64,000 nt of DNA, taken from positions 86,182,001 to 86,246,000 of the forward strand of contig CM052817.1 of NCBI GenBank assembly GCA_028534125.1, read 5' to 3'. Below, piece by piece: positions 52,801-64,000 of the stretch (positions are counted from its first letter, which is position 1; every line of letters begins with the position of its first letter). A program made the position numbers and the translations under genes. The notes below the pieces were generated by a model. That model searched no databases. It was not told where the DNA came from and was given only the letters and a program-made list of their open reading frames with translations. This DNA comes from Lama glama. Lineage: Eukaryota.

Positions 52801-55399
52801 GAATCATCATTATATTTACAAGCAATTGTTCAATCAGTTCAACAAAATTTAAACACACCCAGATTGAGTTAAAAGTATATAGATATTCACTTTATCATTG
52901 CAACTTTTCATGTAATTTGACACATTTTTTAAGTTGTAGTTGAGGAAACTTTTTACAACTGATAAAAATTGCCAGATAACATAGTCTCAGATTGTATTAT
53001 ATAACAACTTTTGGTGTTGATGTCGCCATAAAATCTTAGGAGGGAATCTGTCTCTAGGAAATAATGACTTGAACAAGGACAGGGGAGAAAGACAGAAAAT
53101 AGTATAAAATACAAGACAGAGTAAATTAAGGACAGGAAGTAAGGTGGGGATTTGTTCCAAAATTCCAAAGTTCCAAAAATTATTTGGGTAAAAAGAGGCC
53201 ATCTATTTTTCCACAACATCCAGATAGATTTTAGTCCCCTTTCCTTCATACTCATGTACCATAGCATTTTCCAACCTTTATATGCCAATAATTTTTCTAA
53301 CTTATGATGAATCTAGCTCTATAGACTCTCTTTATCATTTAGACTAAAATTTAATTTACTTGAAGGGAAGAGCTATCTTACTCTTTGGTCTTTTTTAGAG
53401 TTGGAGGCATATTTGAAAATCATTATCCATGTGATAAAATTAAGTTAGATGGCCAATGGAAGCTTAGATAATACAAAGATGATTGGATTATGTATCTTAG
53501 AACTTTTCAGAGACTAAGAAAAAGTGATTAGTGAAAATATAGGAGAAGACAGGTTATAAATATCAAAATAATTAGATCTGAAATTTTAAGAAGGCAGGAA
53601 ATATATTTTTTTGATTGTCTGTATATTCTAATGATTAGTGCCATGCACACCACACCTTTATTTTTGAATAATTATTGGATAGCTGTAGAATGTCTTTATG
53701 GGATAAACTGAGAAGGAGAGAAACTAGAGGAAAACCAGTTTGAAGTGTAAGATTAATTTAACTGGCATGCAGTTGGTAAATTCAAGTAGGCAATGAGCTA
53801 ACAATGAGCCCATTCAAATAATGAGCTAAAAAAATAAATAGCGAACAATTTTAATGGATAGAAATGCGACCTTTTTTTTTTGTTTCTTTTTGAAGTTTAT
53901 CCATTCAAGTAATATTTTAAAGAATGTAACTTTCTAGTCTTGCTTTTGTATCTCTACCAAACGCAAATAATTTTGGTCTTTTTTCTAAATATCATTCTGA
54001 TGAACTTTGTAAGCTAATTTCTATGTTTGAATGCTGTTGATGAATGAATCTCAATGCTTGCTTGTAACCAATATATTCTACTTCTTTTTCTGGGGAATAG
54101 AAACTTTTACCTTCAACCCAGGAGAGCTGTGGAATAAACTCTCCATTTATTTCCAATCTAAGCATATTTGATAAAACAGGCAGAGGAGTTGTGATCAAAT
54201 ATGAACTTTATGTTTTTGTGACTGTTCAAGAGTTTGCACACATTTTTATACCTTTGACAGTTTAAATTTGGCTGAAAAATAAAATGGTAATTTAAATGTT
54301 TTTAACTCATTCTTTTTATACCTTTGTTTTTATTCTCTAAAGATTTCATACTATTTTTCATTTTTCTAGAATGATTGAAGAAGAAATTGGCTGACATAAC
54401 AAGAAATATTAACACAGAATCCTTCACTTGTACAGCACTTCTAAGTAATAGAGAGGTTGCAATTCCAATGTATTAAAACTCTGAGTTGTTTTCTATGTGT
54501 GTAGTATTAAAAAATGCACCTATCAATTTTAACAAGTTTTCTCCAGAAATTTCAGTGGCTAGCTAACAATCACTTTTTAAGGATTAGGATAATTTTTAAA
54601 TAGAATAATAGAAAAAAATATGAAAGATACATATTTTTCTTTCTAGTATACTGAGGATTATAAACCCTTACTCATAACATGTCTCCTACATTTTCTAAGA
54701 TACATGGAAATGTTCTTTATTAGCAATAAATGGCATAAAAGTGCTTGTTTGGTGATTCCTTTGAAGACACCTTTTAAAAAATTTGATTTGTTACAGCAAA
54801 TGGTATCATATGTATTTTGGCATTGTTTAAGTTGTGTCTGAAAAACTGGACATATGAGGTGGATACTAGGTTCAGTCTTTATAGGTTAAAAAAAAGGGCA
54901 TGATAGTAAAGCAGAATGGAGAAGGAATTGGGGGGATACAGCACTTTCCAAAATTAATAACAGATTCAGGCTTTTACTACACATCTTAACATATTCTAAC
55001 TTAATGAAATTGTTTAAATTTTAAATTCTTTATTCTAGGTTATTAACAACAATAAAGTTCTTATATACCCCTCTCTATGGTAATGTACTTTGAGAATTAA
55101 GATGAAATATAAATAAATAAACAACCAAACCCTTTCTTTTGTTTAGAAGGTAGTTTACTATTATGAGACAAACTTGGTTCTAGTCAGATTTTAATTAGGC
55201 TATCTGATTTCTTTTGGTTATGCTATCCTCTTTGTAACTAATCCATCTTGTTAGTAATATGTATAGGAATAGTGTGTGGATAAATGAGATGAAGCATATT
55301 GTAGTCATTCAGTACATATGGCTGCCACACATACAATGGCCAGCTGGTGGCCTTTCTCACTATTAGGAAAATAGTCTGTATCAGGCAGGAATAGCCTCA

Positions 55400-56690
55400 T
55401 TTTTCCATCATAAATTTTACAACTTGGCTAAATGTGCTCCTCTTTTCTTCTTTTTTCTTGTGTTCATGACAGAACTGTTCCTTCTATCAACTTCCTGTCT
55501 CTCAACTCTGCCTCTTACTCTACTAGATTGTTCTCATTAACAAGTATCTCTTTTCTTGTTGAAAGTTTTTTTTTAACCTCTTTCCCTCCAGTTACCACCC
55601 TATTTTTAATCTTCTCTTCAAAGAAGACAACAACGAAATAATTATTTAGCAAATCTCCTTTAGTATTTCTTGCACTGTCTTTAATCCTTCTAGTCAACTT
55701 CTTTCTTCTCTACTGGAAGTATTTCTTCTCCCCTTTACTCCCTTTGTGTTATCATGCATTCCTGTGTGTTTAAAGGCTATTCGTATGATGATGGCTTCTT
55801 AGAATATTTCAAACCTTGATAAATTCTGATACAGCCATCTACTTACTCAGTATTTCACCTGGAATGTTTCATGGGCAATTCAAATTCATACTCTTTTAAA
55901 CAGAATCTTGATTCTTTGCTTCAAATTTTATTTTTTTTTCTACCTCAGCTGACACTATTACTGATTTTATCATATCTAACACTCCCTAATCCTACTCATC
56001 AGTAGTTCTTGTTCTTCGAACATCAACATCTCTTAAATGTATCTTCCATTATACTTAACAAAGACACCATCTTCTTATCTTTGGATGCCTTTACTTAAAT
56101 AGTTTTCTAACTGGTTTTACTGTGTTTATTCTTTTTCTCATGAAAAATCATCCTCACTTGAGTTTTTTTCTTTCCTTTTTTTTTTTTCACTATAACTAAG
56201 ATACTTTCCCTTCTCTGCCTCAAACCCTTAATTACATTTCTAATATAGTTAAAAGAACTTTTCAGGAAGCAAAACCTCTCCATGATTTTAGCCCTGCCGC
56301 ACTCTCTACCCATAGTCACCACTCAGTGCCCCAACACTTTGTGAATCAAGCCTCTTTTGATTCTTAGAACAGAAGTTTTCCCATATCAGGGACTTTGCAC
56401 AAGGTAGTACCTTGCCTTAGAAGACTCACTGTTTTGGCTCTTCAATCAGTCATTTCTTTCCACCTTAAATCATTTTACATTTCATTTTCTCAGAGAGGCC
56501 TTGCGTTACTCCATGTCACCAGTTGTTTGCTATTACAGACATGGTTTGTTTCTTGAGAGTTTTCATCAAATTCTGTCACTTTTTTTTTTGCTCATTTGTT
56601 TATACTTATTTTGTGTTTTAGAAATTGTAAAATAAAAGCACTCAAAGATATAGCATAAATTTCTTGTTACTACAGTGCTTAAGAAGATTA
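55400..56690 (+). mobile_element. LINE-2 3' region, decayed
   Basis: Pyrimidine-rich, with 'ccatctacttactcagtatttcacctgga', 'cagggactttgcaca' and 'ttctcagagaggcctt'. Confidence 0.6.
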
Positions 56691-56704
56691 AGAAATACTA
56701 TTTT

Positions 56705-58280
56705 AAAATTATTTTACAATTTTTATCTTGAAATAATTTCAGACTTGTAAAAATTTGTAAAACTATTGCAAAAAATTCCTATGTAGTCTTCACCCAGCTT
56801 CCCCAAATATTAACATCATATATAGCATGAAGTTATTAAAAGTAGGGAATTGATAAGGTATTAGATATTAATCTACATTCCTTATGCAATTATTTTGTTA
56901 ATGCTTCAACTAATGATCTTTGACCAGGATCAAAACCAGGTCATCTACTGTATTTAATTGCTACATTTCTTTTGTCTTTTTTATTCTACAGCAGTTCCTC
57001 AGTTTTTCTTTGTCTTTCGTGGCCTTGATACTTTTGAAGAGTACTAACAAGTTATTTTGTAGATTATTCTGAAATTTGAGATTTTCTGATGTTTCCTAAT
57101 GCTTAAATTCAGATATGTATGGGATAACAAAAGTACCCCAGTGCCGAGCTTGCCTTTCTCAGTGCATTGTATCAGGGGGCTCATGACAGCACCATGTCCC
57201 ATTTCTGGTGATGTTAACTCTAATTACTTGGTTAAGATGCTGTCCATCAGATTTCTCTATTTTAAAGTGATAATTTTTAAATAAGTATTTTGTTGGGAGA
57301 TAATTAGGAGACTATGTAAATATCCTGTTTCTCATCATAATATCACCCAGTAATTTTAGCACTCTTTCCTGAAACAATGATATGGTATTTTCTGAGTATG
57401 GAGTTTCTATTTCCATTATTTCTTCTACATTTATTAATTAGAACTCTACTATATGGGAGAACTTTCTCTTTTCCCCTTTCATTTATTTATTCATTATTAA
57501 TTTATATCAGTATGAATCCATGTGTGTTTGGTTTACTTATCCTTAGTAATGTATTACCATCTTTTTTTCCTGCTCAAATTCTTTCAATTTTGGCTACTGA
57601 AAGCCACTTTGAGTTAGCTCCAATATTCTTTGGCATGTCAGTTTTATTTCTTGAGATCTTCTTTTTTTATATCAAAAATTTGTCCAGAGGGGAAGGTATA
57701 GCTTAGTACTAGAGCACATGCCTAGCATACATGAGGTCCTGGGTTCAATCCCCAGTACCTCCATTAAAATAAATACATAAATGAAACTAATTACCTCTCC
57801 CCGCCCCAGAAAGAATAAAATACAAAAAAAAAAAAAAATTGTCCAGACTCATCTTGTTCTTTCTTTTCTCCAGCATTGGAATCACTTATTGCTTCAAGGG
57901 GTCATGGTTCCTTTAATTGGAGAATACTGTGAATCCAGAGTGCAGGAATGCTCATTGCTATTAGAGTTTTATTGCTTCTAGGTCTTCTCAGTTGTTAAAG
58001 CTAAGAAACGTGTATGTATATACACACACATAAACATGTCTGCGTGTCTGTTTCTTTTTATATCCATTTCTGTCTTTCTATGTTAAGAAAAAAAAAAGCA
58101 CATAAGTGCAAACTGGCATCTCCGGTTCTAATCAGATACTACAAGGTTTATTCTAGTCTACCCTCATTCTTACTGTAACTCTTCTGTCTAATACCGAGAG
58201 GCAGCTTTTTCTCTAAGAGTGAGACACTTTGCTATACTCAGTATACTCAATATATGTATACATTTGCTTTTTCTTTCTGT
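56705..58280 (-). mobile_element. LINE-1 3' UTR (L1MC4/5-like), antisense, interrupted by a SINE
   Basis: 'tcttgaaataatttcagactt..cttcacccagcttccccaaat..ccaggatc..ccttgatacttttgaagagtact..tctggtgatgttaact..tcaaggggtcatggttccttta'. Confidence 0.8.
57689..57836 (+). mobile_element. tRNA-derived SINE, camelid Vic-1-like
   Basis: 'ggggaaggtatagcttagt..agagcacatgcctagcatacatgaggtcctgggttcaatccccagtacctccattaaaataaa..ctaattacctctcccc' followed by poly(A). TSD aaaaatt(t)gtccaga on both sides. Confidence 0.92.
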
Positions 58281-60779
58281 GGTACGTTTCACTTTCTGGC
58301 AGATTGGCTAAGCATCTGTAATAATTACTGATGTATGTTTCATACTCAAAAAGTATATGTTAAATAAATAAACAATCAAGTGTGCGTAAATAAACGAATG
58401 GAAATTTTGAAATAGACTTCACATACAGTGTTGTTCCAAAGGAGAAATCTTTTGTGATAATACTCACTAGGCTTACCATTGTGATTTACTATTTCCCTAA
58501 GATTTATATTGTCATTATTGTTTGGAATTTTGCTTTAGTTGTCAATAAAGCAAAAAATATGGATCATATCATAGCTCTTTAACTGCTTTAATTTCTTAGA
58601 AATACGAATGTATTTGAGATCTTTGCTTGCCGTGTATTTTATCTTACTGCCTTTTTTGTTATTTGGGTAGGAACTTCTGGGAAGGGGGCAGAAGAAGTGA
58701 TGTCAGTTACATTAGAGATTATGAAAGGATAATTATAATATAACTTCCTCTAAAACGGTAACCACCCAAAAGTTCATGCTGTAGTATTTTTTTAAAGAGA
58801 ATTCTTAATTTTTATTTTATAGAAAAATTTATCTGGGTAGTCAGAATATTATGGAATAAAACCACATAGAATATTCTAATAATGCTACTTGTGGAAAAGG
58901 TATTGAAGAGGTTTTAGGAACAAAGAATATTTGTTTAATAGTGTCAGAATTCATTTTAACACCATGAAAGAGTATGTATTTGTTCAATTTTCACTCACTG
59001 CACAAAGCATTAGATAAAAGAAGATTTTCAGTAATAGCATTTCATTTTGAGTCTTACCAATCCTTTTAGTTTTGGTATAACAAAAAGACTATTAGCTTTT
59101 ACTCTGTTGTGTTGAATTTTGATGATTTTTGACAGTCTTCACTGAGACACTCAAAGAAATGAGACTTGCCAGTCGAATAATGTAAGATTTCATTAAATTT
59201 AACAGCAACAGAAAAAAAGCTGTTTCTGTCTCTTAACTTTTTGACATGTTGTCTTTTTCTAATCCTCTTTTCAGGACCTATGTAAAAGGCAATAAAAAAT
59301 TTTATTTTTGTGTGTTCAAATGTTTCTCTATAATAAAGAAAATAGTCAAGTTTTAACTTTAGAATTACTGTATTTATAAACATCAAAATAAGCACAAAAT
59401 TAATGAAGAAATCAAACAGATTTTTGTATTAGCATATAGTAAAAGTAACATAAATATTCTGTATGGTATTTTATAGCGTTTATACAGAAGATATAATGTT
59501 CTGTTAACATTTTCTCACAAAAGAAGCGATACAGATATTATCATTTTCATAGGTTAAAAAAATTGCCTGTCAAAAAGTAAACATCTTTTTCCAATTATGT
59601 GCTCATGAGTACCTGAGACATTAACAACTCTAAGTATTGTAAAATTTCCATTTTCAAATAATGACTTCCTTTGTCTTTAATATTGTATTGGTTACAAATG
59701 TGTGTTTTGTTATTGATGATAATTTAAACTGGTTGTCTACACAATGTTATTGAAAAAACTTTAAATTAAGCATATAATAAGAGTGTGAAAAGATTTTCAT
59801 TTCCTTAAATGTAGAGGGTATGTTTTGAGAAAATGAGTTCCCATGAAATAGCTTGTTATGATTTTGCTTTCTGGCATTCATGGGTGTAGAAATGTATACT
59901 TAAATTCATGTGATAGAAGAAAAATTCCCTTTTATGCAAATAAGCATTATGAAGATATATTTTAAAAATATGAAGAATAAATTTAGTAAGGAATCATATA
60001 ATACCTATTACAACTAATATATGTAAATTATTTATTGTGAAAACTGTTCTGAAGGATCTGAAAGACAGATATGTTTCCTATACCAGATGCTTCAAGAAGC
60101 AGTCATAAAACATAACTTTTTTTCACATGGATGCAGTTGGGGCTTGCTGTTTTTACTATATTCCCATCTTATTGATGAAGAACACAAGGCTCATATTAGT
60201 GTCAATTAACCATATCATAGAGCCAATTCCCAGAGATCTTATTTCTGCTTCTTTTGTCATGAAAAAATGAGAAGTACAATCAGCATCACATCTGTGCTAA
60301 GCAAATAACGTAATAAGAAAGCACAGTAAATGCTGAATAGAGACTGTAAAAATATTTTTGCTTTTAGAGTATCACAGTAAGATATAATATGGGAGCCAAT
60401 AAAAGTAGGTAATTATATGAATCAGAACCTAGGATATAAACAAGCCAATGAGAAATAAGACCCATTTCTTATTTAAGCCTAAAGGGAGATAAATTCATTC
60501 AGTCTATAGATACTGTTTTGCTACTGCATTAGAGATAAATATCTTCTCTGAGAAAAGCCATATTTTATTTAGTTTTTACTACTGTATCTAAAAAAAAAAA
60601 AATAGTATACTAAGGCAACGGCCAACCAGAAGTGTTTCACAATTACTTATTTTCATGTAAAAGATAACGTCAAGTATACTGAGATATTACCTGCACTATA
60701 TTTTGCTGAGTACTGCCTGAAAGTGAGGTTATTTTGTTGTTGCAAAGCATAGGTTATTGTTAATGAGAAAATTAAATAA

Positions 60780-62520
60780 AATAAACTGGAGAGACTTTCA
60801 ACAACATCCTATGGTATCAGTATTTATATATATCTTTTTACTTAACATATGCCTGGATCAACTGGGAAAACCAAGCAGAGTTGTTTGGAAACATAATGGA
60901 AAAACCCAGGGTAAAATCATCAACAAATGTAGATGACAAGTAATCAATATAAAGTTCAAAATATAGTAATTAGCCAAATCCTTAGTAGAATGCGGCAGCA
61001 CTGCTCAGGGCTGATGGCGAAGGTAAAATTCAGATAAAGGGAAGTACTGAAAGGTCCTACAAGACCTTTCATAGACCACAACCAGAAATCACCAAAATTA
61101 CTCATCCCCAAGGGAAAAAAAATCTACTCTGAAGAAAAACTCTGGGAACAAAATAAAAATTAATCAGAGAATCAGAAAGAGAGTGAGACAGAAGGAAAGA
61201 AAGCAATAGTCTGGTGGAGGGTGAGAAGAGTAGAGATAAGGGAAGGAAGACAATTTTCAGAATTAAAGATATTTAAAAGGAACATCAAATCTAATCAGTA
61301 GAAATTATGTGAAACATAGCAAAAGATACAGAGAAAAAAAATACGAGTGAATATGCAAACCAGAAATGGAGAGATTAAACAAATTGGGAAGAATATCCTG
61401 AATATAGAATGTAGGCAAAGAAGAGCAATGAATATGTAATAGTTTCTTCTTTCTAAAGATGAAAATTCAAATAATACGATAATATAAATTATTTGAGAAA
61501 GTCAGTAAAAGGTAGAAAATTAATATTGGCAACAGTCTTCTTGAGAGCAACATTTTACACAGGAAGGAATTGTTTTAATGATTATGAAAGAAAGAACAAG
61601 GTAGCCACATTACATGCCATTCATTTAAACTGTGCATCATATCTAAGGAATACAGAGCATTGGGGACATTTGGGAACTTTGGAAATACTTTTCCTTTGGT
61701 CACTTTCTGAGCAATTTCCTAGTTACTGACAACATTCAGTTCAGACAAACATAGCATGAAACCTGTAGATAATTATTACATATGTTAAATTTTGCAATAA
61801 GACTAAATTATGCTACTGCTAAATATACTAAAAAAGGTAGAGATATTACAATACACAAAAATTGAAGAAAAGGGAAAGATAAATGAAAGAATATTAATGT
61901 TTTGGCAATATCTAACAGCCATTGAAAGGATAGTGAGTAAATATAAATGTTAGGCAAAAAGGAGGGAGAATAGAGGTTACTAGAGAACATTATCATTCAT
62001 TGAAAAAAACAATAGAGAATATTAAAATACATTGGAAGGCTAATGTATTTTATTATATAAGGCTATATATGATAAGCAAGAATAGATACAGAAACAATTA
62101 TAAATACCCCCAAAAACTCCAAAATGTAAATGTAAGATTTTGTACGTATAATTTATATTGTAAAAAAATATCATGACAGAACTGAAAACCAGCCTACTAA
62201 GTATATCAAAGATATAAATGGACATAGCTCATCATTCAGTAAAATATTTTCAGATTGGCTAATGAAGCAGAATCTGATTCATTCTGTATGCAAGATACAT
62301 ACCTAAACAGAGCAATTCAGAAAGGGTTAAAGTAAAAGGAAGATCCAATAGCGCTCTTGTCAGAAAATAAGTTTGTGAAGCAATATTACAACTTTCAGAG
62401 AGCAGAAATGACAGAAAATGAAAGGAGAAATATATATATTTAAACTGGATTTTAACATAATTCATCCAATAGAAAGTAATTGGAGAATGTGAATGATCCT
62501 AACTTTCAATTTGAAAAATA
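60780..62520 (+). mobile_element. Old L1/HAL1-like A-rich fragments
   Basis: Very A-rich, with L1 endonuclease-region-like 'gcaagatacatacctaaa..agaaagggttaaagtaaaagga..caatattaca'. Boundaries are approximate. Confidence 0.45.
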
Positions 62521-62530
62521 CTGTAGTTAC

Positions 62531-62948
62531 TGATAAAGACTTTCTCTTCGACCGGACTTCTCTACCCTCTTCTCCATTAGGCTTTTTAGCCCCACCCTTG
62601 CCAGGCCAGCATAACCTGGTTTTTGCAAGTTTCCTACTAAACCAGTTTAGAGAGAATGTCCTCACCGCTGATATCTGATCACCTTTTCTATCTGATCTCT
62701 CTGGCCAACCTGCAGCAAGAATTCTATTGGTTTGGCAAGAATCCCCCTACCCTTGATGTCTCTTTGTCATATTTTTCTATCTACTGACCTCCCACTTTGC
62801 TCTTTGGCTATAAACTCTCACTTTTCTTTGTTGTATTTGGAGTGAGCTCATTTTTATACTGAAGCCTCTATTACCCTACTGCTATCGTTTCTGAATAAAA
62901 TGTATCTTTACCGTTTTAACTACTGTCTGGCTCTTGTTCTCTTTGCCA
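62531..62948 (+). mobile_element. ERV1 solo LTR (MER31-like, 418 bp)
   Basis: TG...CA termini, perfect TSD TTAC (62527-62530 / 62949-62952), TATAAA 62809-62814, AATAAA 62894-62899, and MER31-type 'gcaagaatccccctacccttgatgtct'. Confidence 0.88.
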
Positions 62949-64000
62949 TTACTCTTTGAAGAATCAATCTTAGGGAAAAGGAATGGATGTATTGTACCAG
63001 TCTCAAATGGAGATATGATGATGATAGTACCGTGATAGTAACAGTGGCAATGGGAATAGAAGGAAGCAAATGCATTTGAGATACGCTTTGGAGAAAGAAA
63101 GCACAGAGCTATTAGTTTCTTACATGAGAGAAATGAAAGGTGGTAAGTAAACATCACTTCAGAGTCTGAAACTTTGAGAAAAGTTAGAGGTGGAAATAAA
63201 AATGTGGGAGTTATTAACATACAGGCATTTAAAATAATGGTTTTTTCGGTAAATCACCCAACCAAAAGTTTAGACAGACAGTAGATATTAATACAAAACA
63301 AGCCAAGAAAAACCTGTCAAAATTAAGCTGAGGTTAAAAAGTTGAGAGTTGTAAGAAGAATTCCAGTTTGGTGTATTTTTAAGAAAATCCATAAAGGAAA
63401 ATGTTTTGAAGAGGAGGAAATTGTCATTATTTGAAATACTGCTGAGACTTTGGGAAATGTGAGTAGTGCGCATGTATAAGTTATTGGCAGCTGTTAAAAG
63501 AACATTAAAATTATGGATAAGAAAATAGATTAAAATAAGATAAATGGGTCCTTAATTTCAGAATTATGGCAAAATAGAAAACCTAAAAACTTTCATTAGA
63601 AAAACAAGAAATGCAACATAAACTGTAACAACTATCCATTTAAATACGTATTAGAGGGTTTCAGGTTCAGGCCCTGATAAAGTAGCTCGCAGGGAACAAG
63701 ATCACGCACTGAAGACTGCTATAAAAGCTGGGCAAAATTGTTTGAAGGCATTGGGGAACAACCAACCCATACAGAGCTTGAGGTGGTTTATTATTAAGAC
63801 AAAATAAGCCTACAGATAAATTTCATTTCTATTTTTTTTTTCCTAACAGTACTTCCCAAATACTGATGTGAAAAAGAGTGCATAAGCAGAAAGGGAAGTT
63901 TTCCCATGCTGAGGAGATGGAGAGATCAGAGTCTGAAGCACCCAATGTGTATGGAACTCATGGGACTAATTTTGAAGAAGGCAGTAACCACAGAGAAGAA

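Noticed and set aside
54370..54444. Exon candidate after 'tttttcatttttctag'
   Set aside because: Weak donor (TAA|gtaata) and no recognisable product.

Overview
This is AT-rich mammalian DNA, not a prokaryotic window. Two tRNA-derived SINEs with the hallmarks of the camelid Vic-1 family point to a camel, llama or alpaca genome. Most of the window is old interspersed repeat: L1M, L2, MIR, MLT1, MER DNA-transposon fossils, ERV solo LTRs with intact target-site duplications (TSDs) and a decayed ~5 kb ERVL-like element. No intact protein-coding gene is visible, and the supplied ORFs are almost all noise. The one GC/CpG-rich island (~36.06-38.12 kb) has two parts. The right part is a CpG-island promoter with an apparently non-coding first exon (donor after 37994) of a + strand gene whose coding exons are not seen here. 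The left part, head-to-head with it on the - strand, is an intron-containing four-exon fragment of KNDC1 (v-KIND RasGEF; coiled-coil plus start of the REM domain) with frameshifts and a stop. No other KNDC1 sequence is present in the flanks. One exon and its splice sites are intact. Divergent transcription could yield a spliced, polyadenylated RNA encoding a 41-aa coiled-coil micropeptide (inference). Repeat subfamily names and the KNDC1 comparison are from memory of consensus and protein sequences, not from a search.
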